A DNA stretch of 64,000 nucleotides from Nitrospira sp. (GCA_047150005.1 AP038806.1:1312001-1376000); one strand, 5' to 3'. Positions 9,601-19,545 are shown, numbered from the stretch's first letter. Notes: generated by a model from the sequence alone, not told the origin. Numbers and translations are program-made.

Positions 9601-10070
9601 CGCTTCGTCTCCGGCGTGAGCTCCGGCGAGCCGTCGTCCATCCACTGCTTCCAGCCCTTCCGCATCAATGGTCCCTTCAAGCGATAGGGGCCGTATACGC
9701 GGCGGTGAAACGTGAACCCTTTCAAGCACATGCGCGGATTGTGCGCGAACGTGCCCCGGTTGCCGTAGAGATCTTCGTAGGTTTGATGGTCATAGTTCTG
9801 CTCCACCCGCATGACGACGCCGTTCCGAACGAATGCCCGGATCCGACAGGCATGGGTATCGTTCGGGGAGCAGACCCAGGTGAAAGACGAATCGTAGCGG
9901 TATTGATCGTGATACACCCGCTCCCAGGAGCGGTCCGGATAATCGCCCAGCGGGTTCCCAACTTCGATGACCGGCTGCAACGCCGTCAACGCCAGGACTT
10001 TGTCCGCCACCGCCACCGCGGCGACGGTCCCCGCCGAGATCTTCAAGAATTGTCTACGTGACCAAACCAT
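6633..10070 (-). CDS. nxrA: Nitrite oxidoreductase alpha subunit (Tat-exported Mo-bisPGD enzyme)
   Basis: Start reassigned to ATG 10070 (AGGAGG RBS), giving 1145 aa. Tat motif SRRQFLK, FS0 motif CSPNDTHAC...C, TWHGDQ. Confidence 0.97.
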   Translation of the reverse strand: MVWSRRQFLKISAGTVAAVAVADKVLALTALQPVIEVGNPLGDYPDRSWERVYHDQYRYDSSFTWVCSPNDTHACRIRAFVRNGVVMRVEQNYDHQTYEDLYGNRGTFAHNPRMCLKGFTFHRRVYGPYRLKGPLMRKGWKQWMDDGSPELTPETKRKYKFDSRFLDDMIRVSWDTAFTYAGKGLILIGNRYSGEAGARRLREQGYAPEMIEMMKGAGVRCFKHRAGMPILGLLGKHGNTRFNNSVLPLLDSWIRKVGPDQAQGGRYWNNYTWHGDQDPSQPWWNGTQNCDTDLSDMRFSKLNTSWGKNFTENKMPEAHWKLESIERGGRIVVITPEYNPTAYRADYWIPVRPESDGALFLGASRIIVEENLHDIDFLKQYTDMPLLVRTDTLQYLDPRDVIKDYALPDFSHSYSGRIQGLKPEYIQRLGGMMVWDLNKKQAVPLHREQVGVHYQETGVDAALTGTYRVKMLNGREVDVAPIYQLYMVHFQDYDLDTVHQINRSPKDLIVRWARDSGTIKPAAIHNGEGVCHYFHMTSMGRAAALVMILTGNVGKFGTGCHTWSGNYKVGIWNAAPWSGAGAGVHLAEDPWHSNLDPNAHGKEIKYRTYYYGEEPGYWNHGDTALIVNTPKYGRKVFTGKTHMPSPSKVRWVVNVNILNNSKHHYDMVRNVDPNIEMIVTQDIEMTSDVNHADIAFACNSWMEFTYPEMTATVSNPWIQVWKGGIRPLYDTRNDLDTFAGVAAKLSEMTGDEKIREVFHFVYLNRVDVYAQRVFDASSTLYGYSADVMLKSEKGWMVMVRTYPRHPLWEEVNESKPQWTRSGRLETYRVEPEAIEYGENFIVHREGPEATPYLPNAIFTTNPYVRPDDYGIPITAQHHDDKTVRNIKLPWGEIKQHANPLWEKGYQFYCVTPKTRHRVHSQWSVNDWVQIYESNFGDPYRMDKRTPGVGEHQLHINPQAAKDRGINDGDYVYVDGNPVDRPYRGWKPSDPFYKVARLMIRAKYNPAYPYHVTMAKHAPYVSTAKSVKGHETRPDGRAIAVDTGYQSNFRYGAQQSFTRSWLMPMHQTDSLPGKNANGLKWKWGFEIDHHAVNTVPKECLIRITKAEDGGIGARGPWEPVRTGFTPGQENEFMIKWLKGEHIKIKV

Positions 10071-10217
10071 GAGGCTATTCCTCCTTGCTGTAAAAATAAA
10101 AAGCCCAATGATAGGTGCCCCTGCACGTCGAGATGCGCCTCGAACCCCACCTCCTTTCTCTCCACCGATTCCGGACAGATCGAGCCGATCGTCGATGAAG
10201 CCGTCGATCCGGACGTG

Positions 10218-10232
10218 GCAACTCCCATACCA
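10218..10232 (-). promoter_or_regulatory. Sigma-54 -24/-12 promoter of nxrAB
   Basis: Minus strand TGGTATGGGAGTTGC (GG-N10-GC), about 150 nt upstream of the nxrA start. Confidence 0.7.
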
Positions 10233-10408
10233 TCGACTAGCGCAAGACTTCACTCCAAACTCGATGATAACCCGTGGTGAATGCTGTGGATGCGCGCAAT
10301 GCGCGGCAGCGCACTGGCCGGATAGTCAGCGACACGTCGCGATTCTCGCCACGACAATCGCGACGTCTCGCCGTCGTGCGTTGTCGAGTCAGAGAGAAGA
10401 ATTGGGAT

Positions 10409-10433
10409 GCCCCGCGGGCCAGGCCCGCGGGGC
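10409..10433. terminator. GC-rich hairpin, probable terminator of the small upstream ORF
   Basis: GCCCCGCGGGCC-A-GGCCCGCGGGGC is a perfect inverted repeat just after the stop at 10440, followed on the minus strand by a pyrimidine-rich run. Confidence 0.5.
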
Positions 10434-10439
10434 GTTTCC

Positions 10440-10721
10440 TCAGGCCGGACCGGTCGGATGGAGGACGGCAATCGGCTGAGGCAGATGCGCAGGAACGGGG
10501 CTCGTCTCCTTCACCGGCTCTTTTTTCGCGCCCAGCGAAGCCAGCCAGAACACGAACAGAATACTGATCCAGAAAAGAGCACGTTGAACGAGATCATGTT
10601 GGCGGCAAATCCGACCGTATGCGTGCAGGCCCACGGCGAGTTGACCTGCCAGAACAACCGATTGACGGACGAGGATCGTCGCAACCATTCGTCGGCCGAC
10701 CGAAGCCATGAACCCACGCAA
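10440..10721 (-). CDS. Small hypothetical membrane protein
   Basis: 93-aa ORF with one hydrophobic helix (ALFWISILFVFWLASL), followed by a hairpin; start uncertain. Confidence 0.4.
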   Translation of the reverse strand: MRGFMASVGRRMVATILVRQSVVLAGQLAVGLHAYGRICRQHDLVQRALFWISILFVFWLASLGAKKEPVKETSPVPAHLPQPIAVLHPTGPA

Positions 10722-10975
10722 TGAGGAGAATGAGGAGACTGATGGGTTGAGAAAAACCGTGCGGGCGGAACCATCTGCGGCGGCCCGTTGACGTGTGATG
10801 AGAACCGGCTAGGCGGAGGGTCCAGACAGGAAATGACGAGGTCGCGGAGGCGTGTTGACGACGGTCAGAGTACGAAACCCCGATGTGCACGAGCCGATGC
10901 AAGCGAAGGAGGCTCCGCCAAGATCGGCTCGGTGCCATCCGTTCGTGCCGAATATGTGCGTTCTGAAATGACGCC

Positions 10976-11914
10976 TCAGCGCAAACCGGTCTGTTGGGAC
11001 TTGGCGTCGGATGGCTCGCTTGTGTCTTTGACGTCGCGCGCGCAACGGAACCCCAACCAATTCATTTTCGTATTCGCATCAGCACCGTTTCGTTGGGCAG
11101 GCCGCACCGACGGCGTGCTGTCGATCCATCCTCCGCCACGAAAGGCTTTCTGCGTTCCTTGAGCAGGACCTTTGGGATTGCGGTCGGGCGCGTGCTTATA
11201 ATAGTTGGCGTCGTACCAGTCGGCCGTCCATTCAGCCACATTGCCGGACATTTGGAACGCTCCGTACGGACTGACCGCATTCTCGTATTTATCCACCGAG
11301 ACAATCGGCGGATAGAGCAGGAGCCGCTCGGGCCGATCTCGCACCGGTCCGGACAGTCCCGTGCGGCCGAAGTTCGCCCGACTCAGGCCGGCCGGCTGAT
11401 TGCCCCATGGATAGATGCGGCCGTCCTCTCCCCTGGCAGCCTTTTCCCATTCCGCAGAAGTCGGTAATCGCTTGCCCGCCCATTTGCAGTAGGCGTCCCC
11501 GTCATACCATGAAACATGCATGACGGGATGATTGGACATGGTTTCCTGGAAGTTTCCTCCGTCGTACTGCCAATCAATGAGCGGAGGGAGGTCCTTTGCA
11601 AGGACGAATTTCAAGAATTGCACGGTCGTCACTTCATATTTGTCGATGTCATACGCGTCGACATGGACCTTTCGCTGCGGATATTCGGCAGCGTAAGCAT
11701 TTTTATCGATTTTCTTGTCGCTTCCCATGAGGAACGGGCCCGCGGGAATCCGGATCATTTCATCATGGGCGGGAAGCTTGATTCGCTCAGCCGCAAGCTT
11801 CTTGCCCTCTACAGTCCATTCTCTCGTCACATCGGCCACGTCCAAGGCGAACGAGATCCCCACGAACCCTCCCAACACCGCGATTGCCGCAGACGACACG
11901 ATTCCGGCCCTCAC
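10976..11914 (-). CDS. Formylglycine-generating enzyme family (SUMF1/EgtB/PvdO-like) secreted protein
   Basis: Signal peptide; motifs IPAGPFLMGS, EVT, HPVMHVSW, RLPTSAEWEKAARG, MSGNVAEW, GFRCA. Confidence 0.9.
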   Translation of the reverse strand: MRAGIVSSAAIAVLGGFVGISFALDVADVTREWTVEGKKLAAERIKLPAHDEMIRIPAGPFLMGSDKKIDKNAYAAEYPQRKVHVDAYDIDKYEVTTVQFLKFVLAKDLPPLIDWQYDGGNFQETMSNHPVMHVSWYDGDAYCKWAGKRLPTSAEWEKAARGEDGRIYPWGNQPAGLSRANFGRTGLSGPVRDRPERLLLYPPIVSVDKYENAVSPYGAFQMSGNVAEWTADWYDANYYKHAPDRNPKGPAQGTQKAFRGGGWIDSTPSVRPAQRNGADANTKMNWLGFRCARDVKDTSEPSDAKSQQTGLR

Positions 11915-11957
11915 GATACGACCTCCATCTGTTCCCCGCCTCCACCGCGCGGTGCAC

Positions 11958-12539
11958 TCACGGGACTTGGCTCGGGAGTTCCTTCTGGAATTCTTCGAGC
12001 GGGTGGAAATTGAGCGGTAAATTGAATAAATAGTCCGAGACCGACCTCAGCTTGACATGCTGGTACTCGACAATCCAACTGCCGTCCTTCTTCGCCAGCT
12101 TCATGGGAAAGTGTATGTCCGTCGCGACCCACTGATAATAGTTTTCGACCCGCTCTCCATGCTTGGTGGTCACTTCGTAGAGGACCGTCGGATGACCCTC
12201 ACGCGTTTCCGTGCCGATCTCCTGCCGGGAGATCTCCCCCTCCAGCTTTTCCGTCACGCGCAGATCCTGGTCCGGATCGTACGGCACCTCCTTGAAGTGC
12301 TTCATCCTGGACAACAGGAGCCAGACGACCTGCTTGTCTTTCCTGACGATGCTCACGTTGACCGGACCCATCGAATGATGTTCGATGCGCCACATCTGGT
12401 CGCGGTAATAAATGAAGGACTTGTGGGTTCGGCCGTCGATTTTGGTCAACTGATCGGCCGTGAACTCCAATGCCGCGGCGGGATGCCCCGCCCCAGCCCA
12501 GATCCCCAGCGCCAATCCGATTACCATTCCTCGCCGCAT
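11958..12539 (-). CDS. Secreted protein, DUF4412/LolA-like fold
   Basis: Signal peptide (AAA cleavage site) and a beta-rich body with a 'WVATDIHFPMK' strand pattern. Confidence 0.6.
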   Translation of the reverse strand: MRRGMVIGLALGIWAGAGHPAAALEFTADQLTKIDGRTHKSFIYYRDQMWRIEHHSMGPVNVSIVRKDKQVVWLLLSRMKHFKEVPYDPDQDLRVTEKLEGEISRQEIGTETREGHPTVLYEVTTKHGERVENYYQWVATDIHFPMKLAKKDGSWIVEYQHVKLRSVSDYLFNLPLNFHPLEEFQKELPSQVP

Positions 12540-12596
12540 CGCCCCATCCTAGCACAGCGGGTGACCGTTCAGCCTGCGGTCACCGAGTCGGTTGAT

Positions 12597-13598
12597 TCAT
12601 CGAACGGTCAAGACCCCCGCCCCCGCGATGGTCCCCGCCTTGAGCGCCTGCAGCGCGTGATTCGCCTCTTCCAAGCGGAACTGTCGGCTGCGCGGCCGGA
12701 TCGGAATCGCGGCCGCCTCCCGCAGGAGTTCCATGGCATCCTGTCTCGTATTGGCCGTGACGCTTCTGAGCACCCGCTCGCCGAACAGATCCCGGTCGTA
12801 GTCCAGCGGCGGAAACGAAGACATGTGAATCCCCGCCAGCGCCAATGTGCCGCCGCGCTCGAGCGCCCGCAGCGCCGGCGGCACCAATTCACCGGCCGGA
12901 GCGAAGATGATCGAGCCGTGCAAGGCGACGGGAGGTGGATCCGCCGCGCCTCCAACCCATCGGGCGCCCAGTTCACGCGCCAATCGTTGGTGTTCCGGCT
13001 TCAATGAACACACGTATACGTCACAATCCCAATGGTGCGCGATCTGAATGGCGATATGAGCGGAAGCACCGAATCCGTACAGCCCTAGGCGCTGGCCCCG
13101 TTGAATTCCGCTCAACCGCAGGGCACGGTAGCCGATAATTCCGGCGCACAAGAGGGGTGCCGCCTCTTCGTCGCTGAATATCTCCGGAATCGGATAGGCG
13201 AAGGAGGCCGGAACCACGGCATACTCGGCATACCCGCCCGGCACTTGATACCCGGTGAACCGGGCCTGAAGGCAGAGATTCTCGCGCCTGCTCCGGCAAA
13301 ACTCACATTGCCCGCACGTGCCTTGCAGCCAGGCAATGCCGACCCGTTCGCCGACCCGCCGTCCGGTGACGTCGGAGCCCATCCGTTCGACGATGCCGAC
13401 CGCCTGATGTCCCGGGATCAGCGGGAAGGCCGGGGCCGGCAGTTCTCCTTCGATGACGTGCAAATCGGTGCGGCAAATCCCACAGCATCGGATCCGCACC
13501 AGGAGGTCCTCGGAACCGGGCTCCGGGATGGGGACATCGAGACAGACGAGCGGACTGCTCTCCACGGCCGCCGTCCTATTCAGGATCATCGCCTTCAT
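12597..13598 (-). CDS. Zinc-dependent alcohol dehydrogenase family protein
   Basis: CGICRTDLH, PGHQ, CGQCEFC...C, LLCAG, GLYGFG. Confidence 0.92.
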   Translation of the reverse strand: MKAMILNRTAAVESSPLVCLDVPIPEPGSEDLLVRIRCCGICRTDLHVIEGELPAPAFPLIPGHQAVGIVERMGSDVTGRRVGERVGIAWLQGTCGQCEFCRSRRENLCLQARFTGYQVPGGYAEYAVVPASFAYPIPEIFSDEEAAPLLCAGIIGYRALRLSGIQRGQRLGLYGFGASAHIAIQIAHHWDCDVYVCSLKPEHQRLARELGARWVGGAADPPPVALHGSIIFAPAGELVPPALRALERGGTLALAGIHMSSFPPLDYDRDLFGERVLRSVTANTRQDAMELLREAAAIPIRPRSRQFRLEEANHALQALKAGTIAGAGVLTVR

Positions 13599-13645
13599 CG
13601 CCGTCGTTTTGAAAGAAGGTTCGGAAGGTCAGATGCGAGACCGCA

Positions 13646-14260
13646 TTACGGCTTCTCTTTGATGCACTCGATATCGAGCTTGATGAAGACCTCGTCCCCG
13701 ACGACCAGACCGCCGCCGTCGAGGGTCTTGTTCCACACCATGCCGAAATCCTTTCGATTCACCTTTCCCTCACCGGTAAAACCTGCACGCTGATTACCCC
13801 AGGGATCCTTGGTCGCCCCGTTGAAGTTTCCGGTCAGCGTGATCTCCTTCGTCACGCCCCGCACGGTCAGATCTCCGACTGCCGCATACCCGTCGCCCGC
13901 CTTCTTGGCGCTTTTCATCCGGTAGGTGACGAGGGGATACTTCTCGACATCGAAGAAATCGGGATTCCGCAGATGCGCGTCGCGCTTTTCGTGATTGGTA
14001 TTCACGGAGGCTGCCTTGATCGTCGCCTCGATGGCCTTGATCGTACCGGCTTCTGCGTCCATCTCGACGAATCCGGTATAGTCCATGAATCGTCCGGTCG
14101 TCTTTGAAATCACCATGTGCGACACGCGAAATTCGATCGTCGAATGTTCGGGATCCACGTTCCACCGCGCCGTCTCGGCATGGACGGACAACGGGACACC
14201 GAGGAACAGCGCCGTCATGAGAGCCGCGGAGCAGCATGTCATCTTCTTCCCACTCACCAT
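13646..14260 (-). CDS. YceI family polyisoprenoid-binding periplasmic protein
   Basis: Signal peptide; DPEHS, RDAHLRNPDFFDVEKYP, GDLTVRGVTK, RKDFGM. Confidence 0.92.
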   Translation of the reverse strand: MVSGKKMTCCSAALMTALFLGVPLSVHAETARWNVDPEHSTIEFRVSHMVISKTTGRFMDYTGFVEMDAEAGTIKAIEATIKAASVNTNHEKRDAHLRNPDFFDVEKYPLVTYRMKSAKKAGDGYAAVGDLTVRGVTKEITLTGNFNGATKDPWGNQRAGFTGEGKVNRKDFGMVWNKTLDGGGLVVGDEVFIKLDIECIKEKP

Positions 14261-14292
14261 CGATTGATCCTTTCTGTAGATATGAGGATGGA

Positions 14293-15285
14293 TTACTTCT
14301 TGACCCCTCCGCCCGGAGCGTCGGGGCGGCCGGCGGATGGATTCGTCACCGATTGGACATCACGTTGTTTGGGCTTGGCTCCCGTCCGCATTCGAACGTG
14401 GACATCCACCGCTTCATCGCCTAATTCATCGGGAAACGGCGGGAACGGCTGCGCATTGACAATGGTATAAATCCCGGCCTCATCGATTTCACGGGCACCG
14501 GAGCCTTTCTCGATCTCGATCAGCTGGGCACGGCCGTTCGGAAACAGTTGGAAATGCACCCTGACCGTTTCGCCGCTTGGCCCACGCCTCATTTCACGAA
14601 CCTGCCTGGCCCAACTGCGGCTCACCAAGTGGCTCACATGTTGCCAATAGGCCCGCCCTTGGCCGGGATCCGCAAGAGGCATCAGATCTTCTTCGGCCAG
14701 GGCTTCTCCGGTCACGGGAATCGCGTCAGGCTGCACTTCATCAGCGACCAGATCGGTGACCGACGGCTCCTCCGGCTTGATCGGCGGCGGATCGGCACCG
14801 TCGGGCGGCGCTTCCTGCGGGTTCAGCGTTACATAGATGACCCGCCGCATGAATCGCTCGAACCTGTCCTGCCGAAAGCGTGCAAAGCTGACCTGAATCC
14901 GCGCGGCTTTGGGGCGAACCGACGTCCGGCTCATCGGCATCGGCTCCAGTGTGACGGTCGTCTTGAGGGTCATTGAGTCCCCTTCCGGATCGAGCGTCGC
15001 CGTTTGAGATTCGAAGAGGACCGACTCGCAGATGGCCACCACGGGGACGGAACTCTGGACGACCCCGCCGAGGGTGATGTCGAGGGTCAGCGGCTTGCCG
15101 GATTGTAGGTCGCCTCCTGAGCCGGCCTGGCTGAGATCAAAGCGGGTCCAGCGCTTGGCCGAGCCGGCAGACGATGGAGAGGTCGCGGCTGGAGTGCCTG
15201 AGTCGGCGAGCGTCGCGGTCGCGGGCAGCCCGCTTGCACACAATGCGGTCACGAGGACCAGGCCCCTGTGAAGCAACGCGGCCAT
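14293..15285 (-). CDS. Protein with a C-terminal TonB/TolA-like domain
   Basis: Signal peptide, Pro-rich linker, C-terminal 'VHFQLFPNG...GSGAREIDEAG...AQPFPPFP'. Confidence 0.75.
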   Translation of the reverse strand: MAALLHRGLVLVTALCASGLPATATLADSGTPAATSPSSAGSAKRWTRFDLSQAGSGGDLQSGKPLTLDITLGGVVQSSVPVVAICESVLFESQTATLDPEGDSMTLKTTVTLEPMPMSRTSVRPKAARIQVSFARFRQDRFERFMRRVIYVTLNPQEAPPDGADPPPIKPEEPSVTDLVADEVQPDAIPVTGEALAEEDLMPLADPGQGRAYWQHVSHLVSRSWARQVREMRRGPSGETVRVHFQLFPNGRAQLIEIEKGSGAREIDEAGIYTIVNAQPFPPFPDELGDEAVDVHVRMRTGAKPKQRDVQSVTNPSAGRPDAPGGGVKK

Positions 15286-15377
15286 GATCGCATCCTACCC
15301 ATGGCGCAGAGCCGGGCGCAACCCGTTTTTTCCGGATCGGTTAGGCATCCATGCTCGATTCGGAGTAAGATAGTCGC

Positions 15378-16412
15378 ATGCGGGCCCTCCTCAAGCGTGA
15401 AGCGAAACCGGGCCTTGAGTTGACGACCTGTCCAGATCCCACCCCCGGGCCAACCGACGCCGTCGTCCGTGTGCGGGCGACCTCGCTGTGCGGAACCGAC
15501 GCGCACATTTTCAACTGGGATCCCTGGGCGCACAGCCGAATTCATCCTCCGCGCATCATCGGCCATGAAATGTGCGGCGAGGTCGTGGAGATCGGAACCG
15601 ACGTCACGCTCGTGGACGTCGACGACTATGTGGCGGCCGAATCGCATCTGACCTGTGGCCGCTGCTTTCAGTGCCGGACGGGACAGGCGCACGTCTGCCG
15701 GGACTATCGGATTCTCGGCGTGGACCGGGACGGGTCGTTTGCGGAGTACGTGGTCCTCCCCGAGAACGTCCTGTGGAAAACCGCCTCCGCCGTGCCCCCC
15801 GAGCTCGCGTCGGTGCAGGAACCTCTCGGCAATGCGGTCGATGCCGCCCTGGCCGAAGACCTCACCGGTCACACGGTGCTCATCACCGGATGCGGACCGA
15901 CAGGATTGTTCGCGGCGGCTGTCGCACGCACGGCAGGGGCCGCCACCATCATTGCATCGGACGTCAGCGAGTATCGTCTGGCCCTGGCCAAACAGGTCGG
16001 CGTCGATCATGTGCTCAATGCCGGAGCCGAGGCCCCGAACAAGCTCGCCGCAAGCATCCGAGACATCACCGTCGGTGAAGGGGTCGACGCGTCGCTTGAA
16101 ATGTCGGGAGATCCGAGCGCCCTGCATCTTGCGTTCGGAGCGGTCAAGAACGGGGGACGCGTCACCCTCTTCGGGATCCCCACCGGGCCGATCACCTGCG
16201 ATCTGGCGAACGAAATCATTTTCAAGGGGATCCGCGTGCACGGCATTACGGGTCGGCGCCTCTTCAGTACGTGGTATCGGCTCGCCGGACTGTTCAAGGC
16301 CGGTCTCAACATCAAGCCGGTCATCACCCATACGTTTCCCCTGAGCGGATTCGCGCAGGGGTTCGAATTGATGCGTTCCGGCCAGTGCGGCAAGGTGGTG
16401 TTGCTACCGTAG
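15378..16412 (+). CDS. tdh: L-threonine 3-dehydrogenase
   Basis: CGTDAHI, GHE, ESH.CGRCFQC, EPLGNAV, GITGRRLF.TW; adjacent to kbl. Confidence 0.93.
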   Translation: MRALLKREAKPGLELTTCPDPTPGPTDAVVRVRATSLCGTDAHIFNWDPWAHSRIHPPRIIGHEMCGEVVEIGTDVTLVDVDDYVAAESHLTCGRCFQCRTGQAHVCRDYRILGVDRDGSFAEYVVLPENVLWKTASAVPPELASVQEPLGNAVDAALAEDLTGHTVLITGCGPTGLFAAAVARTAGAATIIASDVSEYRLALAKQVGVDHVLNAGAEAPNKLAASIRDITVGEGVDASLEMSGDPSALHLAFGAVKNGGRVTLFGIPTGPITCDLANEIIFKGIRVHGITGRRLFSTWYRLAGLFKAGLNIKPVITHTFPLSGFAQGFELMRSGQCGKVVLLP

Positions 16413-16466
16413 CGACTCCATAGGCCGCCTCCGGACGACGACGACTCCGGCTGATTCAGTACCGCC

Positions 16467-17657
16467 ATGGCCTATTCCTCTTTCAAAGATGTCCTCGACC
16501 GTGCGCTCGCGGACATCCGTTCGCGCGGCACGCACAAGTCCGAACGACTGCTTCTGAGCCCTCAAGGACCCGAGATTCTCGTCGCCCAGGGCCGGGTCCT
16601 CAACCTGTGTGCCAACAACTATCTCGGTCTCGCCAACCACCCGCAGATCATCGCAGCGGCGATGGACGGACTTCGAACGCATGGATACGGATTGGCGTCC
16701 GTCCGGTTCATCTGCGGAACCCAGGACCTCCACAAGCGGCTCGAGCGGGCCGTCAGCGCGTTTCTCGGCACCGACGACACCATCCTCTACGGGTCCTGCT
16801 TCGACGCGAACGGAGGACTGTTCGAGGTCTTGCTGGATGAGCGCGACGCCGTCATCAGCGATGCCCTGAACCACGCGAGCCTCATCGACGGCATTAGGCT
16901 CTGCAAGGCCAAACGGCTGCGCTACGCCCATTCCGACATGGGAGAACTCGAGTCACGGCTCGTGGAGGCTCAGAGCTGCCGCATGCGACTGATCGCCACC
17001 GACGGAGTGTTCTCCATGGATGGAGACTTGGCCAAGCTCGATCGCATCGTCGATCTCGCTGAGCGATACGATGCGGCCGTGGTCGTCGACGACAGCCACG
17101 CGACCGGTGTCGTGGGTCGTCAAGGGAAGGGAACGCCCGAGCATTTCGGGGTGGCGGATCGCATCGAGATCGTGACCGGTACCCTGGGGAAGGCGCTCGG
17201 GGGTGCGGCGGGCGGATTCACGTCGGGCAAGGCCGAGATCGTGGAGCTGCTCCGTCAACGTTCACGGCCATATCTGTTTTCCAATACATTACCGCCGACC
17301 GTGGCGGCCGGAGCCCTGCGCGCGCTTGAACTCGTCGTGGCCGGCGACGACTTGCGTGCCGCGTTGCGGCACCGCACCGCGTTCTTTCGCGCCAGGCTCG
17401 GCTCGCTGGGATTCCGGCTCATACCGGGCGACCATCCGATCATTCCGGTCATGGTTGGCGACGCCGCACTGGCCACAGCCCTCGCCGAGGGGTTGTTGAC
17501 GCAAGGGGTCTACGTGGTCGGCTTCAGCTACCCGGTCGTGCCCGAAGGCCAGGCTCGCATTCGCGTGCAGATGTCGGCCGTCCACACGACCGGGCAGTTG
17601 GAAACGGCCGTTCAGGCGTTTGCCGAGGTCGGACGGCAGTTGCAGATGATTCCATAA
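16467..17657 (+). CDS. kbl: Glycine C-acetyltransferase (2-amino-3-ketobutyrate CoA ligase)
   Basis: [50 protein letters not shown]. Confidence 0.95.
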   Translation: MAYSSFKDVLDRALADIRSRGTHKSERLLLSPQGPEILVAQGRVLNLCANNYLGLANHPQIIAAAMDGLRTHGYGLASVRFICGTQDLHKRLERAVSAFLGTDDTILYGSCFDANGGLFEVLLDERDAVISDALNHASLIDGIRLCKAKRLRYAHSDMGELESRLVEAQSCRMRLIATDGVFSMDGDLAKLDRIVDLAERYDAAVVVDDSHATGVVGRQGKGTPEHFGVADRIEIVTGTLGKALGGAAGGFTSGKAEIVELLRQRSRPYLFSNTLPPTVAAGALRALELVVAGDDLRAALRHRTAFFRARLGSLGFRLIPGDHPIIPVMVGDAALATALAEGLLTQGVYVVGFSYPVVPEGQARIRVQMSAVHTTGQLETAVQAFAEVGRQLQMIP

Positions 17658-17681
17658 TCCGACCCGCCGCAAGCAGACCGT

Positions 17682-18638
17682 TTATTCTCTGATCTGCCTG
17701 GCGCGCTGCTGCAGGTAGGCATTCCGCACCGCGGTATAGAGATCAAACGTCGCCTCCTCCACCCCTTGAAACTTCTGCAGGTTCCGGGAGCGGTCGTTGA
17801 CGATCTCTCCCACGCGCGCGCCGATTTGCACGGCCGTGCTGGTATTGCGGTTGGCGTGGGAGATGACGGAAGGCACGCCGTCCACCTCGATGATCGGCGC
17901 GAACATCCAGTTGATGGGATTGAGGAAGATATCCCCGACATAGCCTATGAGGTCTCTCACGGTATAGGGAGCCAGGAAGGGAACGATGACGTACGGACCC
18001 GGTTTGACTCCGTAGAACCCGAGGGTCTGCCCCAGGTCCTCCTCCGGCGTCACGAGATTGACGTCCTGGGCCAGATCAAAAAATCCTGCGATACCGACCG
18101 TACTGTTGAGGACGAAGCGACCGACTTCGATGCTCGCCCCCTTCAACTTTCCTTGAAAGATGTTGTTGAGAAAACGGGGAACGAAGCGAAGATTGTAGAA
18201 GATATTGCCGACACCGATCTGAACCAGATCGGGAACGATCAAATCGTACCCCTGGGCGACCGGCTTCAGCACATACTTGTCCATCTGCCGGTTGAATTCA
18301 AAAATCCTGGTGTTGAGCGGCTCCCACGGGTCGTACTCTTCTCCCGTGGCCTCGTCCGGCTTCGCAAACGGATCAAAGATCTCTTCGGCGGATTCAGCGT
18401 CACGGGGCGGCGGCGGCGAAGACGCCGCGGCGAGGACGCGTCGCGAGCCATCGGATGCGGAGCCGTCCGCAATGTTCGACATGCGATCCGGCGACGTTGC
18501 GGCGCTTGCGGCATCCCAGAGGCCGCCGTCACCGGCCAGCGGGCGGGTCGCAGGACCTTCCAGTTCTGCACAGCCTGAAGCGACGACCAGCACGAGCCCG
18601 AGGACACAAGACGCACGTCGAGTGAGCACGAAATCCAC
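17682..18638 (-). CDS. mlaA: VacJ/MlaA family lipoprotein
   Basis: Lipobox ASGC; DPWEPLNTRIFEFN, RFVLNSTVGIAG, EDLGQTLG, GPY. Confidence 0.9.
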   Translation of the reverse strand: MDFVLTRRASCVLGLVLVVASGCAELEGPATRPLAGDGGLWDAASAATSPDRMSNIADGSASDGSRRVLAAASSPPPPRDAESAEEIFDPFAKPDEATGEEYDPWEPLNTRIFEFNRQMDKYVLKPVAQGYDLIVPDLVQIGVGNIFYNLRFVPRFLNNIFQGKLKGASIEVGRFVLNSTVGIAGFFDLAQDVNLVTPEEDLGQTLGFYGVKPGPYVIVPFLAPYTVRDLIGYVGDIFLNPINWMFAPIIEVDGVPSVISHANRNTSTAVQIGARVGEIVNDRSRNLQKFQGVEEATFDLYTAVRNAYLQQRARQIRE

Positions 18639-18780
18639 CGGCCTCCTCGATGATTTGTTCGAGTGATTCGACCGGGCCCGTGAACGGGGTCCGGACCATC
18701 GGCGGTTTGCACTCTATCAAAAGTCACGCTGGCCGCCAATCACTTCTTGCGTCTTGCCCCGGCGATCGAGGGGCGAACCG

Positions 18781-19545
18781 TCAAGAACGGACCGCGTCCA
18801 GGGCGAACTCGGCGAATCGGTTGAAATATACGCTTCCGCCGATCACGTAGGTATTGTTATGCCCGGCACCGGCGATGACGTAGAACGATTTCGGCGGCAG
18901 CGAGCCATCGAAGACCTGCCGGCCCAAGACCAGCGGAATGATGTCGTCCTGATCGCCGTGAATAATCAGCTTCGGCAGCGACAGGGTGGGCAATCGGTCG
19001 ATCAGGCGAAATTCCGCCCCCAGGAGCCAGTGAAGCGGAAGACCGCCGTAATGAACCTTGGCAACCGATTCGATCGAAGGAAACGAGGATTCCAGCACCA
19101 GGCCCGCCGCCGGTTTCTGAGCGGCGAGGTCGCCCGCCACCGCGGCGCCGAGCGACCGGCCGAACACAATCAGCCGCTCGGGGCGGATCATCCTCGTTCT
19201 GGTCAGGTAATCATAGGCGCCGATCGCGTCGAGATACAGCCCCTCCTCCGACGGACGGCCTTGGCTGCGGCCATAGCCCCGATAGTCGAACAGAAAGACC
19301 GAAAACGACGACTTGAACAGCCGGACCAGATTGTCGAGGCGGTTGATGACGTTTCCGGCATTGCCGTGGCACCAGAGGATCACCGGGCGGTCCGCGGCCG
19401 CTTCTATGTACCACCCGAAGAGCTTGGTCCCGTCGGCCGAAGGAAACCAGACGTCTTCCAGCGGTACGCCGCTTCGCAGCTTCCAATCCTGGTCGTCCCA
19501 CGCATCGGGGTGAAACACGAAGAAGCGATCAAGAATGCCGCTCAT
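18781..19545 (-). CDS. Alpha/beta hydrolase (ABHD13/17-like)
   Basis: HGNAGN, DYRGYG, GRSLG nucleophile elbow, HGDQD, GHN. Confidence 0.9.
   Translation of the reverse strand: MSGILDRFFVFHPDAWDDQDWKLRSGVPLEDVWFPSADGTKLFGWYIEAAADRPVILWCHGNAGNVINRLDNLVRLFKSSFSVFLFDYRGYGRSQGRPSEEGLYLDAIGAYDYLTRTRMIRPERLIVFGRSLGAAVAGDLAAQKPAAGLVLESSFPSIESVAKVHYGGLPLHWLLGAEFRLIDRLPTLSLPKLIIHGDQDDIIPLVLGRQVFDGSLPPKSFYVIAGAGHNNTYVIGGSVYFNRFAEFALDAVRS

Noticed and set aside
10071..10253. 61-aa N-terminal extension of NxrA in the ORF track
   Set aside because: It overlaps the sigma-54 promoter; the RBS and Tat motif place the start at 10070.
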